The translations under genes were made by a program, and so were the position numbers. Below, in pieces: positions 1 through 9,197 of a DNA stretch of 39,170 nt (position 1 is the first letter of the stretch; each line of letters begins with the position of its first letter). The stretch is from a virus (lineage: Duplodnaviria; Caudoviricetes), in the IMG/VR virus record IMGVR_UViG_3300030433_003259, positions 1 to 39,170 of that record, one strand, 5' to 3'. The notes under the pieces were generated by a model that did no database searches, was not told the DNA's origin, and saw only the letters and a program-made list of their open reading frames with translations.

Positions 1-43
1 AATCTTGACAATTGAGTGTAGAGTATAGAAGTAAATCTATCAT
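1..43 (-). CDS. 5' part of a small cyanophage protein (MIDLLLYSTLNCQD...), running off the window edge
   Basis: ATG at 43 on the minus strand, open to position 1. It lies directly downstream of a structured leader and a sigma70-type promoter. Not in the ORF track. Confidence 0.6.
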   Translation of the reverse strand, partial: MIDLLLYSTLNCQD

Positions 44-102
44 GGGATGAACGCTCCGTTCCGCGACTTACTTGCGTCCCACAGAGTGGGATGAACGACA
101 GG
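44..102 (-). ncRNA. Glutamine-riboswitch-like leader (glnA / Downstream-peptide RNA family)
   Basis: Minus strand reads CGTTCATCCCAC-TCT-GTGGGACGCAAGTAAGTCGCGGAACGGAGCGTTCATCCC-ATG. CGTTC can pair with GAACG, there is an internal CCCAC/GTGGG hairpin, and the GACGCAAGTAAG core resembles cyanobacterial/cyanophage glutamine riboswitch motifs as I recall them. It precedes a small ORF. Confidence 0.6.
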
Positions 103-105
103 TCT

Positions 106-134
106 ATTATAGACCCTCTTTAGTATATAGTCAA
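106..134 (-). promoter_or_regulatory. sigma70-type (early) promoter
   Basis: TTGACT-17 bp-TATAAT on the minus strand, immediately upstream of the structured leader. Confidence 0.75.
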
Positions 135-216
135 GCACTATTGTATTTTATAATACAATTTGAAAAAACCTTACAGGTCAAAAATTTTGGGGAATTTTTT
201 TCCGGTATTTTTGGAA

Positions 217-477
217 TCACTTCCGCTTTTTGGTTTCGGGTGCCTTTGCACCATATAGTTTGGGATTGATCCTACCCTCAGTCTGATTCATGGTCACGAA
301 ACCTTTCTTATACTTATCATAGTAGTGATCAAAGATTTCAGATTGCTTTGCTGCTGCCGCAATATCATAAGAACTAGTAGCACCACCATCAACTTTATAT
401 TCAACTAAGAATGAATTGTTAGGCAGTTCACGATCCTCTGCTCTTTCTGGATCGCAGTTTTCAAACAAAATTTTCAT
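217..477 (-). CDS. conserved cyanophage hypothetical protein (~86 aa)
   Basis: ORF track 217..501. The ATG at 477 (MKILFENCDP...) avoids overlap with the upstream gene. Confidence 0.75.
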   Translation of the reverse strand: MKILFENCDPERAEDRELPNNSFLVEYKVDGGATSSYDIAAAAKQSEIFDHYYDKYKKGFVTMNQTEGRINPKLYGAKAPETKKRK

Positions 478-482
478 AAGGT

Positions 483-1064
483 TCACGAACGTCCTCCCCA
501 TTGAATGTCGGGATATGCTTCTGCAACAATTTCTTTTGTAATTTTATATCTGTCAGACAATTTCTTGTCCTTACATAAGCAAAGAATTTCTGCCTCTAGT
601 GGATGAAGACCCTCAAGAACATTGATAAACATTGTCTCACGACGGACAGCACTCAGTCCATCGTTTCCACCCTTAATAAAATGATAGAAGTTCTTATATT
701 CTCTACGGATTGATGTGTGTCCATTTCTGTCACTGGAACCCATAGAAAATGAATCCGTTTCATGCATTCTACGAACAGATTCATCAATCTTTGTGGAAAG
801 AGTTCCATTATGTGATGCCTGGTCTTCAAATCCAGAATAAGGAACATCTCCATCTGGAAGCATTGACTTCACACTTTCATCAAAGTTCCAAATAAACAGT
901 GCCTTGAGAGAAATGTGTTCAAACTTTTTGAGCACCTCAATTTTTTTTGCTTTACTCCTTTGCTTGGAAACAAGATCCAAAACTTCAAAAGCAAACGGAT
1001 TATTTGGAAGATCTAATGATGCTGTTTTAGTCTTCGTCGTTTTCTTCTTCGTTGTCGTACTCAT
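483..1064 (-). CDS. conserved T4-like cyanophage hypothetical protein
   Basis: Long ORF with LPNNPFAFEVL and RRETMFINVLEGLHPLEAE motifs that I recognise from T4-like cyanophage hypotheticals. Start taken at MSTTT. Confidence 0.8.
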   Translation of the reverse strand: MSTTTKKKTTKTKTASLDLPNNPFAFEVLDLVSKQRSKAKKIEVLKKFEHISLKALFIWNFDESVKSMLPDGDVPYSGFEDQASHNGTLSTKIDESVRRMHETDSFSMGSSDRNGHTSIRREYKNFYHFIKGGNDGLSAVRRETMFINVLEGLHPLEAEILCLCKDKKLSDRYKITKEIVAEAYPDIQWGGRS

Positions 1065-1254
1065 AATTTTCAAAATTAAATGCGATTACTTCATCGGGTA
1101 TCAGGTTGCCCTGATTATCAAACATCTCGGGATGAGGTCTTGGTACTTCCCGATAATTCATCATATATTCTCTAGCAGTCCAACCACCTATTAGTCCCAC
1201 GATAAGAAATAAAACGGTTAGGAATGAACCAAAAACTAAACTAGCTGCTAACAT
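1027..1254 (-). CDS. small membrane protein with HPE motif
   Basis: N-terminal hydrophobic helix, then HPEMFDNQGN and an acidic tail. Co-oriented and overlapping with neighbours. Confidence 0.7.
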   Translation of the reverse strand: MLAASLVFGSFLTVLFLIVGLIGGWTAREYMMNYREVPRPHPEMFDNQGNLIPDEVIAFNFENYEYDNEEENDED

Positions 1255-1519
1255 TTTTCTTTCTCCGGGAAACTACTTTTCTTTTCCTTGTATTGATGGA
1301 AAACTCAAAATAGATAGTTACTTCCCGTCTCAGAAAGCAAACCATCTTTTCAAAGATAATATGAAATGGTTGTGTCTGCTTTCTTTTACCTCCATTAAGC
1401 AAAAATTCAACACCACGATTCTTGTGGTCGTTGTTTTTATTTATGTTAAGATTTGATGACTTGTCGTTCTCTGAGAAATTTGATTGTATCAACACACCCT
1501 CCCAATTTTTCATCATCAC
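1241..1519 (-). CDS. hypothetical protein (start uncertain)
   Basis: Fills the gap between glutaredoxin and the 75 aa gene. The listed ATG overlaps glutaredoxin by 74 bp, and a CATAAATA late-like motif sits at 1438-1445. Confidence 0.45.
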   Translation of the reverse strand: MMMKNWEGVLIQSNFSENDKSSNLNINKNNDHKNRGVEFLLNGGKRKQTQPFHIIFEKMVCFLRREVTIYFEFSINTRKRKVVSRRKKNVSS

Positions 1520-1688
1520 AAATTACTTGAGGAAAAGTAGACCCCTCCCCAAACTTAGCATAGAACTCCTCTCGTGTAAAGTCTTCATCGAGGGTTTGAG
1601 TTTCAAAACTACTACCTGTCATTTCCAACACTTGTTTGACTTTATAACAGTATGGGCAGTTTTGTTTTGAGTATACGGAAAATTTCAT
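1446..1688 (-). CDS. nrdC: glutaredoxin (T4 NrdC-like)
   Basis: CPYC active site, TFPQV cis-Pro motif, GG-x-x-D motif, 80 aa. Confidence 0.9.
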   Translation of the reverse strand: MKFSVYSKQNCPYCYKVKQVLEMTGSSFETQTLDEDFTREEFYAKFGEGSTFPQVICDDEKLGGCVDTIKFLRERQVIKS

Positions 1689-1719
1689 AAGATTATTTTC
1701 TAATTATACATTCAGTCCA

Positions 1720-1747
1720 AGTATAGCACAAATTCAATAAATTACAA
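1720..1747 (-). promoter_or_regulatory. sigma70-type promoter for the glutaredoxin operon
   Basis: TTGTAA-16 bp-TATACT with extended -10 TG (TGCTATACT). Confidence 0.5.
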
Positions 1748-1774
1748 AAAAAGGAAGAAGATTTCTCTCCTCCC
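1746..1774 (-). terminator. Rho-independent terminator closing the propeller/enzyme block
   Basis: GGGAGGAGA-GAAA-TCTTCTTCC stem (two G-U pairs) followed by T7 on the minus strand. Confidence 0.75.
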
Positions 1775-1795
1775 CATTATACTTAGAAAAATAAA

Positions 1796-2182
1796 TCAGA
1801 GTGCGTTCAGTGCATTCTGTGCTTCGGTTTCTTTTGTTGCTGCGGCAGTATTCTTGGTTGCTGCGGTGTCTGTATCACCACTCAGTTCGGCATCATTTGC
1901 TTCTTCACGAAGAACTGCTGCTTCATCAAGAGGTGTCTTAACAGAATTGTACTGTGTTTCGGTCAGTTCAATGACAGCATTCTTAGAACCTACAGTAATT
2001 GTAGAGATGCCAGTGCTGTCAGGAACTTTAGAAAGACAGACATCAACACCATCAGAATCATGCATCCAGATATTTACATCCAAACCAGGATAATCTGCTT
2101 CTGGATGATGCTGCTCTACTTCGTTGGCAGTGGTCAACCAGTTACCATTCTTTTTCCAATAATGTTTTAAATATTTTGTCAT
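1796..2182 (-). CDS. hypothetical late protein (~128 aa) with Ala/Glu-rich C-terminal helix
   Basis: ORF track 1796..2203. The ATG at 2182 lies 23 bp below a perfect TATAAATA. Confidence 0.75.
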   Translation of the reverse strand: MTKYLKHYWKKNGNWLTTANEVEQHHPEADYPGLDVNIWMHDSDGVDVCLSKVPDSTGISTITVGSKNAVIELTETQYNSVKTPLDEAAVLREEANDAELSGDTDTAATKNTAAATKETEAQNALNAL

Positions 2183-2204
2183 TTTCTTGAAAATAGTTTT
2201 CAAA

Positions 2205-2212
2205 TATTTATA
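2205..2212 (-). promoter_or_regulatory. T4-type late promoter
   Basis: Exact TATAAATA overlapping the stop codon of the upstream oxygenase. Confidence 0.7.
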
Positions 2213-2870
2213 CTACAGGAACTCCGTATTGTTGTGACAACTGACGATTGATATCATCCATACTTGGTTGACCCTTCACAGTAGCCCAACACACAATGCT
2301 ATATCTTTTGCCTCTTGTCACTGGTTCTACTCCGTGCATGTAGTAGTGACTAGATGGGAAACAAACCATCATACCAGGTTCAGGTCTTACTCGGATATGA
2401 TGTTCTGGAAAAATAAAATCACCACCTTCAAAATCATCATTTAGATAGAACACCATTGAGATATCCCTATCTGTAGATTTCTTCCAGATATGTTCTCCCT
2501 TTGGTGTGACCCAGATACTCTCTCCATCAATGTGAGGTTTATAGTGTCCACCAATACCATAGGATAAAACCTGTGGAACTTCACTACTATCAACTTCAAT
2601 ACCATAAAAAGGATTGATGATTTCTTTTACGGCATGACGGAGGAGATCTTCAATCTTGGGAAACAATGGTCCCATGGGAACAATCTGAGTATCTCTTGTT
2701 TTCTTATCAACCTGCCACGAAGTCTCTCCGGTTCTATTTGTAGTCTCCGCATCAAACACAGAAAGATCTTCACAAGGAGATCTCTTGATATGATCGACCA
2801 TCTCCCGAATACCTTCGGGAGAAATTACATTAGGTCGAATTAAAATATGAGTCAGTGGATTATCAATCAT
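2208..2870 (-). CDS. 2OG-Fe(II) oxygenase, prolyl-4-hydroxylase-like
   Basis: HID (HxD), YLNDDFEGGDF, distal His in MHGVEPV, and R-x-S (KRYS) 2OG-binding motif. Confidence 0.9.
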   Translation of the reverse strand: MIDNPLTHILIRPNVISPEGIREMVDHIKRSPCEDLSVFDAETTNRTGETSWQVDKKTRDTQIVPMGPLFPKIEDLLRHAVKEIINPFYGIEVDSSEVPQVLSYGIGGHYKPHIDGESIWVTPKGEHIWKKSTDRDISMVFYLNDDFEGGDFIFPEHHIRVRPEPGMMVCFPSSHYYMHGVEPVTRGKRYSIVCWATVKGQPSMDDINRQLSQQYGVPVV

Positions 2871-2879
2871 ATATTCAGT

Positions 2880-2902
2880 GTTTTGTCTATTATAGCATAT
2901 TA
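2880..2902 (-). promoter_or_regulatory. conserved extended -10 element, copy 3 of 3
   Basis: TAATATGCTATAATAGACAAAAC, beginning at the stop codon of the 1922 aa gene. Confidence 0.7.
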
Positions 2903-5900
2903 TTGTGGGTTGGCATTTTCTGCTGCTGAGAATCCTCCACCACTCAGTCTATTGAGCTTTGTTGGTCCTCTGAGCACTGCTGTATTTGTATCATTGGCAT
3001 AATCAAGACGTTGTACTCTTGAATTTCCGGCAGGACTAGGACCAGGATCACCACCAGTAAAGTAACCAAAGTTAAGATTACCTGTTGCTTGTAATCGTTC
3101 TGCATCTTCTGCTAATGGTCCTCTCACTAATGCCGTAGCAGTATCATTAGAATAATCAACACGTTGTACATCAGAATCACTACTATAACCACCACCCCAG
3201 TAACCAAAGTTAGCATTACCGGTTGCCGCAAGACGGCCGAGTCCCTCATATAATGGTCCCTTTGCCACTGCCGTTGCCGTATCATTAGAATAATCAATAC
3301 GGTCTACTATTGATTCATAAACCCATCCACCACCAAAGTAACCAAATGATTGATTACCTGTTGCTCCCAACCTATTTCTAGCAGCACTCAATGGTCCTTT
3401 AGGTGATGCCGTAGCAGTATCGTTAGAGTAATCAATACGATCTACTGATGATGATGTACTCGGAGCATTTCCACCACCAAAATATCCAAAAGAATTATTA
3501 CCAGTTGCTGCACCATAAACTCTAGCAAGACTCAATGGACCTTTTGTTACTGCAACTGCAGTATCATTATTATAATCAATACGATCCACTGATGATAATG
3601 GTCCAGGACTACCACCACCTACATAACCGAAATTAACACTACCAGTTGCACCACCAATATAATCTCTTTGTACTGTCAGACTTCCCTTTTGTACTCCTGT
3701 TACAGTATCATTGTTGAAGTTAATTCGATCAATATATGTTAGTGGATATGTGGACGGAGAACCAGTAGTGCTGACATATCCACCAGCAAAGTATCCAAAA
3801 GATGTAATTGGATATACCTGAGTCAAAATATTTTCAACCAGTGCTGGACCCAATATATTATCGAATCCATTTTCTTTGGCACCTGTTGCTCCCATATAAG
3901 CTCTACCAACAGATAAGTTACCTCTTGGTGATGCCGTTGCGGTATCATTAGAATAATCTACACGGTCAATGACCGTCTGGTTCGAGTTACCAGCAAAATA
4001 ACCATGAGTGGAAGTGCCTGTTGCTCCCATGTAATTTCTGTTACCCGTTAATGGTCCTTTTGCCACTGCCGTTGCGGTATCATTACTGTAATCAACACGG
4101 TCTACTTTTGATCCACCAGGATAACCACCACCAAAGTATCCAAAGGAAGAATTACCTGTTGCTCCACTCGTACCATATCTACCATTACTCAGTGGTCCCT
4201 TTACTACTGATACTGCACTGTCATTAGAGTAGTCAATACGAGTTACTGTTGATATTGCACCACCAAAAGCAGAACCACCAGCAGTGTAACCAAAATCTTG
4301 ATTACCTGTAGCACCATGATAAACGGAAGGACTTGCTAGATTACCTCTTGCTGGTGCATCTGCAGTGTCATTTGCATAATCAATACGGTCCACTCTTGTA
4401 GGACCAGGAGTACCACCAACCGCATATCCAAAGTCTTTATTACCCACTCCTGCTACAAATTGTCTAGCAAGACTCAATGGTCCTTTTGGTGATGCCGTTG
4501 CAGTATCATTCAAGTAATCAATACGTTGAACTAATGAGAGATCTGAAGGAGATGGTATTGCTGGATTGTTTCCACCCACGGCATAACCATGAGTACCACT
4601 ACTTACTGCACTATTTCGTTGCGTCCTAGTTGCCAATGATCCTTTTGCCACTGCTCTTGCGGTATCATTGGAATAATCAATACGATCTACAATTGATTCC
4701 CAGTTAGGATTTGTCGCAGTTTGTCTACCAGCAACAAAGTAACCCATGTTAGAAGTTCCATAAGTTCCTTTCGGATAAATCACTGTTCCTATTTGTGTTT
4801 TTGGAAGTCCAGCATCTTTAGGACTCATTCCTGCCAGACCCCATCTAGACTGAGTCAATGGTCCTTTTATTGTTGCCGTAGCAGTATCATTGGCATAATC
4901 AATACGCTGTACTGATGATAATGTACCAGGTGAACCACCACCAAAGTAACCATGAGTGACACTACTTGCCGAACCAGGATTTGAACCCTGATAGGCAGTT
5001 GGTCCCTTAGGTGATGCCGTTGCGGTATCATTACTGTAATCAACACGGTCTACTACTGTATTTGAAGGACTGGTGCCACTAGCAAAATATCCAAAGTCAG
5101 CAGTACCCGTTGCTGCCAACTTTCTTCTACCTAAAGATAAATTTCCCTTTGGTGATGCTGTTGCGGTGTCATTAGCATAATCAATACGATCTACTTTTGA
5201 TAGATTGAAAGAAGGATTACCACCACCAAAATAACCAAAACTGGAATTGCCTGCTGCTGAAAGGAGATATCTAGCACTAATCAACGGACCTTTGACTACT
5301 GACGTTGCAGAGTCATTAGAATAATCAACACGTTCTACTGATGATGATGTACTCGGAGCATCACCACCACCAATGTAACCAAAGTCTTTATTACCTGTTG
5401 CTGCATGTGATCTATATCTAGTTTGACTTAATGGACCTCTGAGTACAGAGTTTGCAGTATCATTGGCAAAATCAATACGTTCTACTGTTGATACATGATT
5501 AGCATTACGTCCACCAAGTGTATAACCATGTGTAAGGCTGGCAACACCAGTAGTATATGCTGCTCCAGCAGTCAATGGTCCTTTTACTGATGCCGTGGAA
5601 GTATCATTAGAGTAGTCAATACGATCTACTACTGTTGATGGTGATGGATAACTACCAGCAAAACCACCAGCCATATAACCAAAATCAGTTCCGGCAGGAA
5701 CAGGACCAGGAGCACTAAAATTACCGAATGCTACTGGTACTTCTAAGATACCAGGTCCTAGTGCAGGCAGTGCTGCTTGTCTAGAACTTACTCCTGCATG
5801 TTTATTTTTAGCAATACTTAGATTTCCTTTTGATAATGCTGTTGCTGTGTCATTAGAGTAATCAATCCTACTTATATCACTGTGAACTATTGTATAAGAT

Positions 5901-8668
5901 TCTTGTCCTCCAGAAAAATAACCAAAATTAGAATTACCTGTTGCTCCTTTGTAAGCTCTAGCAGAAATTAATGGACCTTTTGGTGCTGCTGTTGCTGTGT
6001 CATTAGAGTAATCAATACGGCTTATTTTTGAATTATGAGGCGCGTTACCAACAGTAACATACCCAAAATTAGCATTACCAGTAGCTGTTGCATTGTATCT
6101 GTTAGTAGTGTCTAATGGTCCTTTTGGTGATGCCGTTGGGGTATCATTAGAATAATCAATACGGTCTACAGTTGTTACACCAGCTGGTGTAACACCACCC
6201 ATAAAATATCCAAATGATTGATTACCTGTTGCTGCCATTGCCCATCTAGCCACAGATAATGGTCCTTTTCCTACTGCGTTTGCGGTATCATTTGAATAAT
6301 CAAGACGATCCACCGTTGATCCCGCAGGATATTCACCACCAGTATATCCAAAATCATTATTTCCTGTAGATGAAACATAACCTCTCGCAACACTTAAATT
6401 ACCCTTAGGTGATGCCGTGGCAGTGTCATTGGAATAATCAATACGATCTACTGTTGATGCCGCAGGAAATCTTCCAAAGAAATATCCACCAGTGTTACTA
6501 CTTGCTCCACCATGATTTTGAGTTGTTCTAGACAAATTACCTTTTGGTGATGCCGTTACAGTGTCATTATTAAAATCAATTCTATCTACAGTCGATTTGT
6601 AAGATGATACACTTGGATAAGATCCTGCACCAAAGTAACCAAAATCAGTTCCTGCTGGTGCTACATTATCTCTAAAGTCATCTGCTGAAAAAAGTGCAGT
6701 TAAAAGACCAGTATTGGTAGAAAGTGCATTTGCCGCTGCTGAAAATGCTGCTGAACCAGTTTTAGCAGCACTCAATAGTCCTTTTGCCATTGCAGTTGCG
6801 GTGTCATTGGAATAGTCAACACGATCTACTGTTGATACGTTTGCTGATGGTGCCGATCCACCACCAAAGTAACCAAAAGAAGCATTACCCGTTGCTGCCA
6901 AGTTGGATTTAGTAGTGCTTAATGGACCCTTAGGTGATGCTGTTACGGTGTCATTAGAGTAATCAATACGATCTACTGTTGATTTTGCACTATTATACCC
7001 ACCACCAAAGTAACCAAAGGAAGCATTACCTGTTGCGCTTAATAGTCTTCTAGTTTGACTCAATGGTCCTTTTGCTACTGCGGTTGCAGTATCATTAGAG
7101 TAATCAATACGGTCTACTTTTGATATTGCACCAGTGCCACCATCACCACCACCAAAGTAACCAAAGGAAGCATTACCTGTTGCTCCAAACTGTCCTCTAG
7201 TTTGACTCAATGGTCCTTTTGCTACTGCGGTTGCAGTATCATTAGAGTAATCAATACGATCTACTGATGTTTTCTCAGGTGCGGGTTTTCCGCCAGCAAA
7301 GTAACCAAAAGAAGCATTACCCGTTGCTGATAATTGATATCTAACAGCTACCAGTGGTCCCTTTGTTACCGCAGCTGCCGTATCATTAGAATAATCAACA
7401 CGATCTACTGATGATAATGGTCCAGGACTACCACCACCAAAGTAACCAAAGGAAGCATTACCTGTTGCAGCTGCAGAATATCTAATAACACTCAATGGTC
7501 CTTTTGCTACTGCTGTTTCGGTGTCATTAGAGTAATCAATACGATCTACTGTTGACGTAGCAGCAGGAACATATGAACCACCAAAGTATCCAAAGTTAGT
7601 TGCTACTGGTGATATGTTTGAAGTATCAGGAAGTCCTTGTGCTTTACGACTTAGTGCTGCAGAATCATATCTTGAAGTACCACCACCATAATTATATGAA
7701 ATTGCTCCTCCTGCTACTGCTGCATTTGCAGTGTCATTAGAATAATCAATTTTAGACAATATTCCTTGATAATAACCTGCATGATATCCAAAGTTTTGAT
7801 TACTTGTTGCGCTATGATACTGATAGTAAATACTATTACCGTTTATTGGACCTTTAGTTGATGCCGTAGCAGTATCATTAGAGTATTGAATCCGAGTTAC
7901 CGTGGTTGAAAAACTGTTGGAAGGAGTGCTACCACCAGCAAAATAACCAAAAGAACTATTAGATGATGCATTATGACCATGTAGAGGAACACTGAGTGGT
8001 CCTTTTGGTGATGCCGTGGCAGTATCATTACCATAATCAATACGGATTACTGTTGATCTTGCATTAGAAGTGGTGCCACCACCAGTAATGTAACCAAAAC
8101 TTTGATTACCTGTTGCTGTTAAATCATTTTCTGATTCACTTAATGGACCTTTTACTACTGGTGTTGCGGTGTCATTACCGTAATCAATACGGCTCACTGT
8201 TGATACATCACCACCAACATATCCACCAGCAACATAACCAAAATTGATATTTCCTACAGATGAATGCGTGTATACACCATAACTTAGTGGTCCTCTAAAT
8301 GACATTTGTGATGTGTCATTAGAGAAATTAAGACGTTGTACGAATGATTTTGTACCAGGATTGGTATCAGAACCACCAGTAAGATAACCGAAAACAGAAC
8401 TACTAGTTGCTGCATGTTTCTCAACACTAGAGCCAAATGATCCCTTTGATAACGTATTTGCACTATCATTAGAAAAATCAAGACGATCTATCGTAGTTAT
8501 GCCAGCATCTCCAGTGCTAGGATTTCGACCACCAGCCCAATATCCAAAAGGGGCAGGAGTAGATTTATTAAAAGGACTCGGAACATTCCAAACATCACCT
8601 CTCGTGGACCATTGTCCCGAGAGTTGTTCTTCATATACTTGCTTTAATCTAAATATTCCCCTAGACAT
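2900..8668 (-). CDS. giant Kelch-like multi-beta-propeller protein (36 repeats, 6 predicted propellers), putative virion adhesin
   Basis: ~49 aa repeat FGYFGGG-x(5-10)-VDRIDYSNDTATAxxKGPLSxxRxxLAATGN with the Kelch-like Y-x-x-GG core and conserved Arg. Repeats occur in blocks of six separated by linkers. Confidence 0.8.
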   Translation of the reverse strand: MSRGIFRLKQVYEEQLSGQWSTRGDVWNVPSPFNKSTPAPFGYWAGGRNPSTGDAGITTIDRLDFSNDSANTLSKGSFGSSVEKHAATSSSVFGYLTGGSDTNPGTKSFVQRLNFSNDTSQMSFRGPLSYGVYTHSSVGNINFGYVAGGYVGGDVSTVSRIDYGNDTATPVVKGPLSESENDLTATGNQSFGYITGGGTTSNARSTVIRIDYGNDTATASPKGPLSVPLHGHNASSNSSFGYFAGGSTPSNSFSTTVTRIQYSNDTATASTKGPINGNSIYYQYHSATSNQNFGYHAGYYQGILSKIDYSNDTANAAVAGGAISYNYGGGTSRYDSAALSRKAQGLPDTSNISPVATNFGYFGGSYVPAATSTVDRIDYSNDTETAVAKGPLSVIRYSAAATGNASFGYFGGGSPGPLSSVDRVDYSNDTAAAVTKGPLVAVRYQLSATGNASFGYFAGGKPAPEKTSVDRIDYSNDTATAVAKGPLSQTRGQFGATGNASFGYFGGGDGGTGAISKVDRIDYSNDTATAVAKGPLSQTRRLLSATGNASFGYFGGGYNSAKSTVDRIDYSNDTVTASPKGPLSTTKSNLAATGNASFGYFGGGSAPSANVSTVDRVDYSNDTATAMAKGLLSAAKTGSAAFSAAANALSTNTGLLTALFSADDFRDNVAPAGTDFGYFGAGSYPSVSSYKSTVDRIDFNNDTVTASPKGNLSRTTQNHGGASSNTGGYFFGRFPAASTVDRIDYSNDTATASPKGNLSVARGYVSSTGNNDFGYTGGEYPAGSTVDRLDYSNDTANAVGKGPLSVARWAMAATGNQSFGYFMGGVTPAGVTTVDRIDYSNDTPTASPKGPLDTTNRYNATATGNANFGYVTVGNAPHNSKISRIDYSNDTATAAPKGPLISARAYKGATGNSNFGYFSGGQESYTIVHSDISRIDYSNDTATALSKGNLSIAKNKHAGVSSRQAALPALGPGILEVPVAFGNFSAPGPVPAGTDFGYMAGGFAGSYPSPSTVVDRIDYSNDTSTASVKGPLTAGAAYTTGVASLTHGYTLGGRNANHVSTVERIDFANDTANSVLRGPLSQTRYRSHAATGNKDFGYIGGGDAPSTSSSVERVDYSNDSATSVVKGPLISARYLLSAAGNSSFGYFGGGNPSFNLSKVDRIDYANDTATASPKGNLSLGRRKLAATGTADFGYFASGTSPSNTVVDRVDYSNDTATASPKGPTAYQGSNPGSASSVTHGYFGGGSPGTLSSVQRIDYANDTATATIKGPLTQSRWGLAGMSPKDAGLPKTQIGTVIYPKGTYGTSNMGYFVAGRQTATNPNWESIVDRIDYSNDTARAVAKGSLATRTQRNSAVSSGTHGYAVGGNNPAIPSPSDLSLVQRIDYLNDTATASPKGPLSLARQFVAGVGNKDFGYAVGGTPGPTRVDRIDYANDTADAPARGNLASPSVYHGATGNQDFGYTAGGSAFGGAISTVTRIDYSNDSAVSVVKGPLSNGRYGTSGATGNSSFGYFGGGYPGGSKVDRVDYSNDTATAVAKGPLTGNRNYMGATGTSTHGYFAGNSNQTVIDRVDYSNDTATASPRGNLSVGRAYMGATGAKENGFDNILGPALVENILTQVYPITSFGYFAGGYVSTTGSPSTYPLTYIDRINFNNDTVTGVQKGSLTVQRDYIGGATGSVNFGYVGGGSPGPLSSVDRIDYNNDTAVAVTKGPLSLARVYGAATGNNSFGYFGGGNAPSTSSSVDRIDYSNDTATASPKGPLSAARNRLGATGNQSFGYFGGGWVYESIVDRIDYSNDTATAVAKGPLYEGLGRLAATGNANFGYWGGGYSSDSDVQRVDYSNDTATALVRGPLAEDAERLQATGNLNFGYFTGGDPGPSPAGNSRVQRLDYANDTNTAVLRGPTKLNRLSGGGFSAAENANPQ

Positions 8669-9194
8669 TTTGTATTAACAGCTTCTGGTATATCATTGAG
8701 TTATTTAGTTGGTCACCAAAACCATCCCCATATGAATGCCACAAATCTGCACTGAATAATACAATACGATTATACTTTACATATACATTAGAATATTCTT
8801 TCCAGTCCTCTTTATTATTGGGATCAAATGTTCCCATAATATCTTCTTGTGTCTGTATACCATGCAACTGACGAGCATATTCATCAGGAAATGAATCAAA
8901 TCCAGTCTTTAGATGACTATAAAAACTCATACCCCTCTTTGATATACAATCACCAGGCATTGTTAGATAGATGACTGCAATCCAATCACAGGCAACATTA
9001 GCAGTGATTGGATTTGGAGTATTCTGGAGAGAAACTTCATTGAATAAGTTCTCTGCTTTTATCTGACGACCCAGAAGGTGTGAAATCTTCTGGGGTGCCT
9101 CGTCAGTAAAAACTGGTTCACCTTCGATGATACCTTTAAGATATGGGTGTGCCATATCATAAAAGTCATCGGCAACAATAATCTTTTGATTCAT
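8661..9194 (-). CDS. degenerate 2OG-Fe(II) oxygenase-fold protein (DUF6445-like), paralogue of 17383..18000
   Basis: Shares IIVxDDFY, WxAVIY, KYNRxVLF and LWHS with the 205 aa oxygenase but lacks HxD. Confidence 0.7.
   Translation of the reverse strand: MNQKIIVADDFYDMAHPYLKGIIEGEPVFTDEAPQKISHLLGRQIKAENLFNEVSLQNTPNPITANVACDWIAVIYLTMPGDCISKRGMSFYSHLKTGFDSFPDEYARQLHGIQTQEDIMGTFDPNNKEDWKEYSNVYVKYNRIVLFSADLWHSYGDGFGDQLNNSMIYQKLLIQNV
8702..8709 (-). promoter_or_regulatory. late-promoter-like motif upstream of the 1922 aa gene
   Basis: ACTAAATA 34 bp upstream of the ATG, embedded in the upstream CDS. Confidence 0.45.
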
Positions 9195-9197
9195 TTA

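Noticed and set aside
5-30. Plus-strand TTGACA as a promoter
   Set aside because: No -10 at 16-18 bp spacing, and it lies inside the minus-strand small ORF.
8590-8612. RGD within WSTRGDVW as an integrin-binding motif
   Set aside because: No biological rationale in a cyanophage. It is better explained as part of a structural docking motif.
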